Assembly (NCBI RefSeq): GCF_037042905.1
Contig: NC_087246.1
Span: 10,170,001-10,230,000, forward strand
Length of the DNA: 60,000 bases
Origin: Lytechinus pictus
Taxonomy: Eukaryota
Direction of reading: 5' to 3'
Numbering within the stretch: the stretch's first letter is position 1; each line of letters starts with the position of its first letter. The translations under genes and the position numbers were made by a program. A model generated the notes under the pieces. That model ran no database searches. It had not been told where the DNA came from and was given only the letters and a program-made list of their open reading frames with translations. Positions 48,601 to 60,000 of this stretch are shown piece by piece.

Positions 48601-51533
48601 AGAAAGAGTCCAATAATAAAAGCTCACTTTTATCACAGATTATGAAGTAAAAATGACGCCTTCTGGTGAATGGGTCCTACATACTTAAATCAGTGTATTT
48701 CTAAAATACAGTACATATATTGCTTTAATTAAACTAACAGTATAGATTAGAATATGTAAATTGGGTGCTTTAAATGAGAACATAATGCGTGTTATAGGGA
48801 TGTTTGATTTCAATAAACCTGCATCACCTAAAAGCTAACATACAGTAAGACAAAAATTGTAATCAGCTGTTTAATTGTCATAACCGATCCCAATGAACCC
48901 CCCCCAAAAAAAAAAATAATAATAATACTAATAATAGAATAAATAAATGAATAAAATGAAATAATAAGAATAATAATAACAATAATAATATTTATAATAA
49001 AAATTAAATAAATACATAAAAATACATACATAAAAATAAAATAATAACAATTGAAACAAGCAAATGTACCTTGATAGACAATCTAGTGCTTCCAAAAACC
49101 TCTTTTCTGATGACTTGTCTTTATCCTGTAAATGATTGATAAAAATGCAAATACAAGTAGTTCCTCTTTTACTATAGTCTCTCATTTTACATGAGAAGAA
49201 ATGTCAACATATTATCGTTTTGACTCTCTGCATATTTGAATGTATGGGATGTTGTCTTTAGTTGAAAAGCAAAACTTGTTATTAAAATAACACTTTTCTG
49301 GATGTCACAGAGACAATATCAAAATCGAGTGAAGCTAGCACATGCATGAAATATCAATTACTTTGTAGCAAAGATATAAAATCAAGTGAAATGAAGTAAA
49401 TATTTACAATTCCTAAAAGTTTGAAAAAATGTCCAAAAGGTATAAGGAGTAAGAAACAGCAACAGATCCAGCTTCACTTTGTTCAGAAAACAGAAGATAC
49501 ATACCACTGCTTCCAAGACAGCTTCTACTGCATAGGCAATATCAAAGGCACAGAACTGGGAATAAGGAATTTAAAAAAATAAAATGCATCAAAATCACAT
49601 TAATTAGGAACTAAACCAATTTAGCAATTTAGAAATAATGATTAACACTTTTGCTAGAAAAATATGAATCTAATTATGATATAAAGTCATTGTCCATTGG
49701 TTATGGAGATGGAACAAATTATCATATCTAAGGGGATTTGGATGAAGCAATCTTTATGATAGGAAGATTTTTGAAAAGGAAGTGTCTACATTTGTATGGC
49801 ATACAAAGTGATAGATTGCCCCAAAGGAAGAGGTTATTATCTGCTCTATATTCCTCATCAGAAATTAAAATGTAGAATACTTTCATAAAATTGACACAAA
49901 AACTGAAATAATATGACTCAGATTGTATCTCTCTTTCTCTCTCTATCTCTCCTATCTTCTATCACTCTAATAGTCTCTATACCTCTCTCCATCTTCCTTT
50001 ATCTATCTATATATCCCTTTATCTACCTGAGGCACATACTTGAAGATATGAATCACAAATTATACAGAAAGAAAAAGACTGATAACTAAACTAATAAATT
50101 GTGTAAGTATTCCATCAATTATTTCCTATGCTGTGACAAAGTACAGTTTGAAATATCCCTCACCTTATTCTTGAATCCATACTGAGCTAAGAATGATGGT
50201 AAGGTAATGTTCTCCAATCTGGGAAGAAAAAATGAAAGTAAAAATCAAATCATTGGCATAATGAAATATTTTGGATACTGAATGCACCTAAAGTAACAAA
50301 ACCATACAAGTATAGATTTTCTTTTTTCAATTCAAGCTTCTACTAAATAGGTTGGTAGAAGCTTGAAGACCATCCACAACTGATGAATTTTCTTTATTTT
50401 CCATAGAAGAAGTTTAACTTGTGCATAATAGCTTTTTAAATGTATAAATTTTATGTAATTTATATATTAAGCCTAAATGATAATAATAATAACTCTTATT
50501 TACCCAGGGTATCTACTTCAGCTGTAAGCTGATCTTCTAGCGGGCAATGTATAACATAACATGTTATTATTACCCTTCTCCAATCTAAATACTGAGCGCC
50601 TAGCAAGGTGGAAGTTCCCATTTTTACAGTCTTTGGTATGACTCCGATGGGGGTAAACCCACGACCTCCCATTCATGAGCCATAATTTGTAAACATGAAA
50701 CATATTTGATCATCAATAAATACTATTTTTTTAATTGAATTGAAATGATTTGAATGCTCTCATGTCTTAGAAGAGTGATAAAAGTTTGAAGAAAAAAAAC
50801 TGAGACATACCCAAACTTCCTTGCAGAGCTTTCTAGGAGCTCCCTGATAGTGTTCTTATATGTGATGTCCATAGCTGTAAACTTCTGCTGACATTGAGCC
50901 AGAGGTAAACCCATGTCAGCTAAGAACTCATTTAACTTCTTCTGACCTTTCAATGTCCATAACTTGAGACTGTAATGGAGAGAGAGGTGAAAATACAAAG
51001 TAAAATATTACCTAAGGCTATATAATTCTGTTTACTTTTGTTTCACTATTTATTTTCACAATTCAATTTTACTTATCAATTTATCAATCAATTCATGAAT
51101 TCCTTTCTTCAATCACCTGTTTACTTATCACTTTTGTCATATATTCATCTACTGTATGAAAGGGTTTTTTTTTCAACAAACTCTTTTATTTGAGAGAGGT
51201 ATACAGCATGGTTAATTTGAATGGATCTTTGATTGCTTGCATTACAAGCAGAGATATTGTTAGCTTGCAACTGTACTCCAATATTTACCAGGTACTCAAA
51301 ACAGGTAATCACACTTTTAGATGATTCTCTTGCATCTACATCAGCAATATACCAATTTCATTCTTAATCAATACTCTTTTACATTTATATTTGCTTTCCT
51401 TCTTGTTCTCCTCCAATTTTTTACATTTCTTCTTCACCTTCTTTTTGACACTCTACTTCCTTGGTAACTATGACCAAAGGAAATACAACTACAACTACTA
51501 CAGTCATTACTTCTGCTACTATTACTTCCACCA

Positions 51534-51564
<31 letters not shown>

Positions 51565-54500
51565 AAATAATCAGATAACTTATGACTCACTTGCAAGCTG
51601 TATATGATGAATGCTTCAAACTCTCCAGGATAGACCAATGTCTGTACAGGACTAGCTGCAGACTAAAAGTATCATTGTCAAGGAAAGGTCATTCAATGAA
51701 TTGAAAATGTTCTTATGAAAGCCTGTTTCATCTCAATTAAACGATGAATTAATTTCATTTTACAAGTTGATGTGATTCTGATTTAAAAGTCAGTAAATCA
51801 CATATGACTGAATCATAAAATACTTCTTTCCTTTTTTATCACAATGGCAGTGTTTTGAACAAAAAAAAATCACAGCCTACTGTGAAAAAAAAATCATTAT
51901 CTTTGTTGGACTTCCACTCTGAATCGAACCAATATGTATTAAAGATGACTCCTCATCTAACTCAAAACAAATTAATACAAAAACATAATGGTATAAGTAA
52001 AATAATAATTTTTCAGACAGAATAAAAAGGATCCCACAATCATCATGGAGCTCCATCAGTTTTAAAGCATGGATGATAAGAACATTGATTTTAATAACCC
52101 TTCCCCCTAAAATTTTCATTTTAATGTCATAAGGAAGGATACTCTGGCATGAATGATATCTTCATTGTGTTGACTGAGACAGTGTTTTCTTCATCTTCTG
52201 CTCTGTGGTTGTGACGTGCAACATGACGATTCAATTCTGTCACATCAGACACATACTTCTCTCTGTCACACAAATTGAAAACATGGAAACTTACAGATCA
52301 AACACATGAACACAGAAAAAAGCAATGAATAAGATTACAGTTATCAAAATCTATCCTGAAGAAACCATTGAATTTTGTTCGCAAGATATAATTAACTGAA
52401 AATACAGAATTGTATATCTACCAGAGTTATAAAGTAAAAGAAAGCACATGTTCTTATGATAACAATGAATTTGGTTTGGTTTGATTATTAATTCTTTGGT
52501 CCAATCATTGGAGGAGCAAAGTACATTTCTCCAATCCAGCGGATAGGATTCAATTTCATCACATTTTAAAGTTTCAATCTTATACATAAATTTACTCCAT
52601 TCCAGTTACCAAGTCCTCTAAGAGTTGACAACAGCACTACAACAATGACCAATCGGAAAATAATAAAAACCGAAAAGAAAGCCTCTATATTCATACAATT
52701 TCAAATAGTATTTTGCCCTGTGAATGAAGTAATGATTAAACTCTTACCTGTCAATCTTCTTGTGAATGAGTTGATCTGTCAGTCCTACAATCGCCCACCT
52801 AAAAAATAAATAAACCACATCATTCATGCTGTTTGCTCTCCCGGTACTTTAAAATGTACCAAACTTCATTTTGCAACATGACACAGGTCAAACTTGAGCC
52901 CAATAAACATTCATGAAAGGGTTTGTTAGTTTGTGACTGATCAATTCAGATTAAACTAGTTCAAAATAAAAAAATAAAGAAAAAATCTTAGTTAGATTCA
53001 TCTAAAATTTAATACGTATATAATGTATACTCTTCTTGATATTTTTCTTTTATTTTTTAATAAAGTTAACATGTAATGCAAAACTTCAACCAATGAAATC
53101 ATGCAAGAAGGGATGCAAGGTAAGTAATGTAAATAATACTTACCAAAGCAAGTCATTTGTATCCTTTGACTTCTTCCATGCTAAATTATACATTACTACA
53201 GCAGCCTGAAATAAGGATAAAGATGGAGAATTATATCATTAATTATCTACACTGTCATATTAAAAGTACATTATTAATCAACATATGCTAGGAAAACTTC
53301 CATTGTTTTAAGGAGGCAATTCATCATCAGTGTGAGATTGTGAAACATTTTTATTATATAATTTTTATAAGGACTCCAATCACAAAAACAACAAAATCAA
53401 TAACAAATTATAATATTGAAAAAGGATACTTCATTTATATATTTCCATACATGTATGTAGATAGTACACATGCATACTACAATGGGAAATACTAAAAACA
53501 TTAAGATAATCGTGTATACCATAAATCTAAAAGATCATGAAAATGATGGTATGTTACAATTCCTTTTTTTCAAGTCTTGAGAATTGCATTTAAAAAACAC
53601 ATTAATAATTTCTTTAAATAAGAGTAAATATCTATTTCCCTGGATTCATAACTTACTGAAGAACCATAATATGAAAATTCCTCATAATCAAAGAGAATCT
53701 TGCTCCTTTTATCTTCCCAGTTCCTCCTCTCTTGACGCCTGTTCATTCTCCTTTCCAATGCATCCTGAAATAATACAAACATATAATAGCTAAAAACACA
53801 CATTTGAAAAACAAACAAACAGGTTTTTATGCATTATCTAAACCAGGTTGCATATAAGACAGAAATGCCATGTCAGCTTCATTAAATACTGTGTAAATAG
53901 ACATGTACATTGAAAGAGTAAGGGTTTTTTTTTTTTAGCAGAAATGCATCAACTGTTCACCTACAGGTACGGGAGTCTTTTCTGTTCTCATCTCATACAT
54001 GAATATTATCCATACTACTCACAACACTTTGTTAAAAAACATAAAATACTGTGGTCCTCCTCTTAATGCTCTCTATACAAATAGAATCATCTAGATACTC
54101 ACTTTGTTCCTGTCATATCAAAGCAACAAAATGCATCAATACTATTCAATACTATAAAGTCACTTTATGCTCATTGTCACTGACCACTGATGTGGAGTTA
54201 TTCCTTGTATAGTTATCCTGTCCAAGAAATAATGAAGCCACAACATAAAAAGCAAAGGAAATTTCATTCAATAAATTGTAAAGGCAGCCATGTCTTTACA
54301 TTTTAAACTTAACATTCTCTGAGATAAGCCCTACCAGCAATGTGCACAAGTTTATTAAAGTCTGTGTTTTTCAACATGCTTGATTTTGTTAACATTATAA
54401 CTTTAAAAATGTAAGAATTGACCACACATACCTCATCAAATCTTCGTCTCTTGCCTGTTGGTTCTGGTGAATCACTTTCTGCCCCAGAGTCATCACTGTC

Positions 54501-56637
54501 AGACTACAAATTTTTTTAAATATTGAAATAAAAGTTTGAAAAGACAGTTCTCTAAAAAATTGATTCAAACAAATTATATGTTTTTTTATGTACATGTTAC
54601 TCCCAGTTGAAAGTTGCCCAATCACTGAGTGATCATATTTACATATTGCACGACAATTGACTAAGAAATGTTATTCAGATATTCATTGAAACCATATTTT
54701 TACATGAAATCCCACAAAAATGTAATTTCTGGTTAGTGGAACCATTAATTTGATTCCCATTTGACCAAATATATCTATTTTATATCTAATTTAATGAATC
54801 AGTTACCTCATCGTCTCTGAAGACTTCTTCATATGATGGAATATCAAAATCATCTTCTGGGCTCATCAAAAACTTGATCTGTAATGCATAAGAAAAACAC
54901 TTAACTTTCACAATTAACAACACAATTAACTTTCTGTGCAATTTATGTGGTGCCAATTTGATGACTGTGACCCGCTAAGAATTTTTAAACAAGTGGAATC
55001 CCTCTAGCAGTCTCACCCGCATGACACGATTCGATATAGCAGCAGTGCTAACTTTGAAAACAGCTATTGAATAATTATTCACAAAAGAAAATATTCATAT
55101 GATAATAAAATACTGTCCATTGACCCAAAATGACCTTTGACCTTGGTCATGTGACCTGAAACTCGCACACGATGTTCAGTGATACTTGATTACTCTTATG
55201 TCCAAGTATTACGAGCTAGCTCCATAAAAATTTAGTTACGATGGAAATTCAACAAATACCCCTAACATTCCCAAAGTTCATTGACCCTAAATGACCTATG
55301 ACCTTGGTCATGTGACCCGAAACTCGAGCAGGATGTTCAGTAATAGTTCATTACTCCTATGTATTTTGGAAGCATCTAAGTTCTTCTTCCATGATGAAAT
55401 ATCCCATTTTCCCCCCTGACTGATCAACATAATTTTTTTTTTTTTTTTTTTGCTCACAAAATCTAGATGAACCAGGATCTCTGTGTTCTACTGGAATTTG
55501 AAACAAAAAGACATAACAGCTTTCTCCAAAGGTATTTGTACGAATGAACTGTTTTAGTCCAAGGAAAATGTTCACCACCCAAATAATTAGGTGTGATTTG
55601 GCATTCTAGACATGATGAGTTTATATCAATTTTATCTGTTGTGGTAAAGTAAACCTTGCTGTTCAAATCCACCTCACAAAAGTCTTTCCAAAACTAGTTT
55701 CAACCAACCCAATAGATATTCCTTTGGAATTTTGACTTTCATCCAACTTAGTAACTTGATAATACGGGAGAATAACATTGAGGAATTACTGACCTGGGTC
55801 TCATTGTAGATATTCCAAAGATGCAGAGGTCGATGGCTATCACATATAAAGAAGACTATATCATCATCAGGTTGTAATGATTCCAGAATATTGACAGTTC
55901 CACCGCAGTTTATTAGCACCACATACTTGAGCTAATGTGCAAAAAGAATAGTGAAACACATTTTGTATCAAAGCATACATGTACATCATAAACCACTTCA
56001 TCATTACAGCTACAAATTAGTAGGGCTGGATACAAGAGATTTTTGTATCGTCTAGTGATTCTTGAATTAAATTACTTGGAGAGGAACAATTGCTTGATAG
56101 CTTCAGCCTTCACAAACTAATGCTTTAGAGATAACTTTGTTTTCATATTCATTTCAGACCAAGACCATAATTAAAACAAATTTCTGCTCTTACTATTGTT
56201 TGTAAACATAATTCTTTTGGGCCATGTCACACACATTTAACCTGTTGATTACAAGGCCTTTATAAGATGTAGAGTATAAAAATTAAATCTTCAAATCATG
56301 CATCAATCAAAGAGTAAAAAATTTTGTTACATTTGACATGAATTTTTAGGACTTCTTTACAGTACATAAATATTCTTGTAAGGTCAATACAACTTATACA
56401 AGTCACCTAATCACCTGATCAAGCTCAACTATCAGGTGACCTTATCACCTGATTAGCCTGAGCTATCACATGACCTACATGTACCTGCTCTGAGTGTTCC
56501 AGATAAGCTCGTTCTACATCATCTTTTCCTGATACAGGCACCAAGGTGTATTGTACATGATCCCATTGGAGCAATGTCTGCAGGATCTTACAAGCACACA
56601 AAGCATCTACATCATTAGCGACTAGGACCAATACTCT
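45588..56637 (-). CDS. CDC45: Cell division control protein 45 (CMG helicase subunit); 17 coding exons in window, first exon missing
   Basis: Exons join in frame through GT-AG introns (1656 nt, 551 aa plus stop): 56485-56637, 55794-55931, 54807-54878, 54432-54503, 53657-53764, 53144-53205, 52748-52798, 52143-52262, 51591-51662, 50811-50969, 50164-50218, 49505-49555, 49070-49125, 48243-48465, 47021-47142, 46114-46190, 45588-45652. Motifs [45 protein letters not shown] and [13 protein letters not shown]. Confidence 0.96.
46114..46190 (-). CDS. CDC45: CDC45 exon [25 protein letters not shown]
   Basis: tag|T ... A|gtaag, 77 bp. Confidence 0.93.
47021..47142 (-). CDS. CDC45: CDC45 exon [17 protein letters not shown]...[13 protein letters not shown](N)
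   Basis: cag|TCC ... AA|gtaag, 122 bp. Confidence 0.92.
48243..48465 (-). CDS. CDC45: CDC45 exon [10 protein letters not shown]...[14 protein letters not shown]...AYVKM
   Basis: cag|G ... ATG|gtgag, 223 bp. Confidence 0.93.
49070..49125 (-). CDS. CDC45: CDC45 exon [18 protein letters not shown](R)
   Basis: cag|GAT ... AG|gtac, 56 bp. Confidence 0.9.
49505..49555 (-). CDS. CDC45: CDC45 exon [17 protein letters not shown]
   Basis: cag|TTC ... GTG|gtatg, 51 bp. Confidence 0.88.
50164..50218 (-). CDS. CDC45: CDC45 exon [18 protein letters not shown]
   Basis: cag|A ... AAG|gtgag, 55 bp. Confidence 0.9.
50480..50680 (-). mobile_element. tRNA-derived SINE fragment (central part resembles the MetaSINE core) in a CDC45 intron
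   Basis: Minus strand ggtcgtgggttt...gtcataccaaagactgtaaaaatggg...ggcgctcag, followed by an (ATT)n tail. The family assignment is from memory. Confidence 0.5.
50811..50969 (-). CDS. CDC45: CDC45 exon [23 protein letters not shown]...ARKF(G)
   Basis: cag|T ... GG|gtatg, 159 bp. Confidence 0.93.
51591..51662 (-). CDS. CDC45: CDC45 exon [23 protein letters not shown](N)
   Basis: tag|T ... AA|gtgag, 72 bp. Confidence 0.92.
51663..52142 (-). other. U12-type (minor spliceosome) GT-AG intron of CDC45
   Basis: 5' splice site GTATCCTT, branch site TTTCCTTGAC (51677-51686) about 15 nt before the AG, and little polypyrimidine tract. Confidence 0.88.
52143..52262 (-). CDS. CDC45: CDC45 exon EKYVSDV...KISFMP(D)
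   Basis: cag|A ... GA|gtatcctt, 120 bp. Confidence 0.92.
52748..52798 (-). CDS. CDC45: CDC45 exon [16 protein letters not shown](R)
   Basis: tag|G ... AG|gtaag, 51 bp. Confidence 0.92.
53144..53205 (-). CDS. CDC45: CDC45 exon [20 protein letters not shown](W)
   Basis: cag|GCT ... TG|gtaag, 62 bp. Confidence 0.92.
53657..53764 (-). CDS. CDC45: CDC45 exon [10 protein letters not shown]...FSYYGSS
   Basis: cag|GAT ... TCA|gtaag, 108 bp. Confidence 0.92.
54432..54503 (-). CDS. CDC45: CDC45 exon [24 protein letters not shown] (acidic loop/NLS-like)
   Basis: tag|TCT ... GAG|gtatg, 72 bp. Confidence 0.88.
54807..54878 (-). CDS. CDC45: CDC45 exon [24 protein letters not shown]
   Basis: cag|ATC ... 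GAG|gtaac, 72 bp. Confidence 0.9.
54988..55362 (+). mobile_element. Helentron/HINE-like tandem-repeat element, second copy (CDC45 intron)
   Basis: Same head (aacaagtggaatccctctagcagtctc...) and ~180-bp unit as 2763-3570. Confidence 0.55.
55794..55931 (-). CDS. CDC45: CDC45 exon [11 protein letters not shown]...NIYNETQ
   Basis: tag|CTC ... CAG|gtcag, 138 bp. Confidence 0.92.
56485..56637 (-). CDS. CDC45: CDC45 exon [19 protein letters not shown]...LEHSEQ
   Basis: cag|AGA ... CAG|gtac, 153 bp. Confidence 0.93.
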
Positions 56638-56730
56638 CTGTGGAGAAAATTGATAAAGAAAGATTTTCATTCTTCGAATGTAACTTATTTCATTTATTGT
56701 ATTATGAATTTCATAGTGATGATTTCATCC

Positions 56731-59040
56731 CATATGCATATTCTGGTCGGTATGCAAATGAGGGAACTGATGACATCACACACTCACTATTTATTTTGTA
56801 TTTTATTATATGAAATATTGTAATTTTCTCCCCATTTTCCTGTGAAACAAAGTTTCATTTCTCCCTTAACATGTTTAATTACCATTGCTTAACATTTTAT
56901 GGTTCAGTCAAGTTGGTCCTTATTGTCAAATCTGTAAAAAATGAAATTTTGTATAATTCAAACAATAAAAAACAAAGGAAATAGTGAGTGAGTGACATCA
57001 TCGATTCTCTCAGTTGCACGTGACTAAATTGTGCATATAACTATTTTGTGAAAAGTAAGCGAAACTTAAAGGAGAAATATATTGAAAATCGTAAAAATGG
57101 AGAATCATATATCAAATCAAAGGAGAAAATAAGGAGAACACGATGGTGTACATCATTTATCATGGAGACCGATGGAACTCAGTTAATTGATAGTTTAAAG
57201 TTCTCTCTCTGAATGCTTCAAACACGCAGAATTACGTCCGCGAAATTGGGGATTTTTTATGACGTCACTTTCTGTACGAGAGGCGTGATTGGCTCTCCCT
57301 GTTGCGAGGGTACGTTTTCTCCACATTGTCACTGAATACTTCGATCACGAAATGAAAGAAAACCCATAATTTTATCTAGATTTGGATTTTCAAATTGATG
57401 ATTTTGAAGATGAAGAGAATGATGATGAAGTGAACAACAAAGTGACGTAGTTGGGGGTAAATTGGGGGAATCGATGATGAGGAGTCGGACAATTCAACTT
57501 GCAACACGATCACATGCCGATCCGCTACCAACTTATGCAGCTGCTAAGTGCTAGCTACACCGCGCGTGCCAAATTGAATTCACGAAAATGACTTACCACA
57601 CTGTCCAGACAGAGTCTCTTACTTCTGTGACTATGAAGAAGGAAAATAATGATAAAACTGTACTTACAAATAAGTGAATGTAATCCGAACCTGAAGGCAA
57701 ATCAACTCAACGAATAGCAGCAGACGATATGCACCGATGATGAACTTCATGTGGCTGGGATAGATTGTCACTTGTTCTGTTTGATGTAATTTTTATCTCA
57801 TTAATTTGACAAAATTACGAAAATCGGGGAATTATTTATCTATATAAAAATATAGTAACATCTCGTATAATTTTTAAATTACGATAAAACGTTTTTTGAA
57901 GGAAAACGTTGAGGTAAATTAAAATTGGATGTAAAAGATCCCCAACATGCGTAGCTTGATTGAGAGCTGTGCAACACGTGCATAGATCTACTCTCTCAGC
58001 CAAGGCGAGAAAGCAATACGGCATGTTTGTGATTTTGATTACGATCACATATACGAGCTTTTAAAAGGTTTTATCGTAATTAAAAAAATAATACGAGATG
58101 TTACTATATTTTTATATAGATAAATAATTCCCCGAGTTTCGTAATTTTGTCAAATTAATGAGATAAAAATTACATCTAACACTAACAGAACGAGTGACAA
58201 TCTATCCCAGCCACATGAAGTTTATCGTCGGTGCATATCGTCTGCTGCTATTCGTTGAGTTGCCTTCAGGTTCGGATTACATTCACTTGTTTGTAAGTAC
58301 AGTTATATCATTATTTTCCTTCTTCATAGTCACAGAGGTAAGAACTAAGAGACTCTGTCTGGACAGTGTGGTAATTCATTTTCATGAATTCAATTTGGCC
58401 CGCGCGGTGTAGCTAGCACTTAGCAGCTGCATGAGTTAGGTAGCGAATCGGCATTTGATCGTGTTGCAAGTTGAATTGTCCGACTCATCATCATCGGCGT
58501 AATTCCCCCAATTTACCTCCAACTACGTCACTTTGTTGTTCATTTCATCATCATTCTCTTCATCTTCAAAATCATCAATTTGAAAATCCAAATCCAAATA
58601 AAATTATGGGTTTTCTTTCATTTCGTGATCGAAGTATTCAGTGACAGTGTGGAGAAAACGTACCCTCGCAACAGGTTTTGCATGCAAGTGGAGCTTCACG
58701 TGGGAGAGCCAATCACGCATCTCGTACAGAAAGTGACGTCATCAAATTCAAGTCAATTCAGAGACCGATGCGAGGCATATTTCGGAGAGGCATTTTGAGC
58801 GTTTTTTAATCGGCGATTTTCACCTTATGTATTATTTTCGTTATTTTTGAATGACCCAATGATAATCCCCACATCATTACCTTTCCATTGACATATAATA
58901 AGACCACATTCATAATCAATATAGTTCTCCTTTAAGTGTCATAACTTTCTTATTTTACATCCAATTTTGATGACATTTTGTACTTGTCTGATTTTTCTCT
59001 ATTGATTTAAATCAACATTTTTCTGAGGTGGACTTGACCT
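56731..59040. mobile_element. Left-truncated Kolobok-like MITE (family of 11871/13565) split by a nested insertion
   Basis: 56731-57065 and 58936-59040 match consecutive parts of the MITE, ending ggtggacttgacct|TTAA. Confidence 0.8.
57070..58931. mobile_element. 1.86-kb foldback Kolobok-like non-autonomous element
   Basis: TTAA|AGGAGAAATATATTGA ... TCAATATAGTTCTCCT|TTAA (15/16 TIR match). Internal inverted arms at about 57259-57896 and 58063-58742. Confidence 0.85.
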
Positions 59041-59044
59041 TTAA

Positions 59045-59585
59045 ACTTTTCTTTGCTTCCTGCTCCCTTCCTCTCCCTTTTCTTTTCGTTCTTTCTCTCC
59101 TCCAATTATTTTCTCTTTTTTTATTCTCTCCTCCCTTCATTCTTTCCTCCCTCTCTTTCCCCCTTTCTTTCATTCTTTATTTTTTCCTTCTAATTCTTTC
59201 CCTCATTCTTTCTTTCCCTTCCTTCCTTCCTGTTTTTCTTTGTTTTTTCTTTCAAAGAATGAAGGAAACATTTTTCTTTCCTCCTCCTTTTTTTTACTTT
59301 CTTTTTTCCTTTCTCTCCTTTATTTTGTCTTTTACACATTTATTCATCTCTGCTTCCTTTCTTTTTCTTTCTGTCTCTATCCATTTCAAAGAATGACTGA
59401 ATCAAACCTTTTTCCTCTTTTTCATTTTTTCTTTCATCCTTTCATTCTTTTTTTTTTTTTCCTTAATTTTCCCCTTAATTTTTTCTTTCTTTCCTTCTTC
59501 TCAATTCATCTCTTTTCTTTCGTCTTTTCCTTCTCTCCTTCATTCTTTCGTTCACCCTCCCTTCCAATTCTTTATATTTTTTCAC
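59045..59585. repeat. Low-complexity polypyrimidine (CT/T-rich) tract
   Basis: Almost exclusively C/T on the + strand. Similar purine/pyrimidine tracts lie at 27180-27310 and 32930-33280. Confidence 0.8.
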
Positions 59586-60000
59586 AAGTCTAACTTAGTA
59601 AAAACTAACACTACAGTCTTTACAGACTACACTAACAATATGTGTAGCCTACCCTTGATCTTTTTTGTTGATTGTCCCGTATTTCATTTTCTGGTCACCC
59701 TGGGCTCTGTGGAGAGTAAGCATACGTTAGTAATTGATTTTTACTCCTATAAGAGCTTCCTGGCTAAATGTATGGTAGGGGGTCCTAAAGCTGCGCGGGT
59801 CCTAAAGCTACGCACCACTCATCGCGCATACAGTTTTCATGGCAAATGCGCACTCTGTGTGTGGAACTGTGACTGCAGAGTGATGAACGATTCCTATTCA
59901 ATTTTTTCTACAGAGGCTGCAGTAAATCTCTAAATGCAGAGAAAACCAACAACTGTTTGGAATTTTGGAATTATATTCGCTTTAAATTTAATTTTAATCT

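Noticed and set aside
59028..59593. Phe/Leu/Ser-rich membrane-protein-like ORFs (also 7026-7523, 27096-27385, 37016-37362)
   Set aside because: Translations of polypyrimidine low-complexity tracts or MITE interiors.
59600..60000. CDC45 first coding exon
   Set aside because: No minus-strand frame resembling the conserved MFVxDxRxxFY start with a phase-0 donor. It probably lies beyond the window.

Overview
AT-rich, repeat-dense animal genomic DNA, most likely an echinoderm (sea-urchin-like single-exon TLR and repeat landscape; inference). It holds three host genes. (1) CDC45 on the - strand: 17 coding exons mapped by hand from 56637 to 45588 (551 aa). The first coding exon is not in the window, and one intron has a clear U12-type (minor spliceosome) signature. 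(2) An intact single-exon Toll-like receptor, 39496..42189 (+), convergent with CDC45. (3) An unrecognised 215-aa ORF, 18353..19000 (-), with a C-terminal glycine-zipper hydrophobic hairpin, preceded by a strong splice acceptor. The rest is mostly nested mobile DNA. This includes a decayed Ty3/Gypsy element with apparent Gmr1-type order (PR-IN-RT-RH) whose integrase core is deleted, L2/CR1-type LINE remnants, hAT-type MITEs (8-bp and 5-bp TSDs) and TTAA/AGG-ended Kolobok-like MITEs, one of them a 1.86-kb foldback element. There are also Helentron/HINE-like tandem-repeat elements, SINE fragments and an apparently identical 1785-bp tandem duplication. No prokaryotic features or CRISPR arrays are present.
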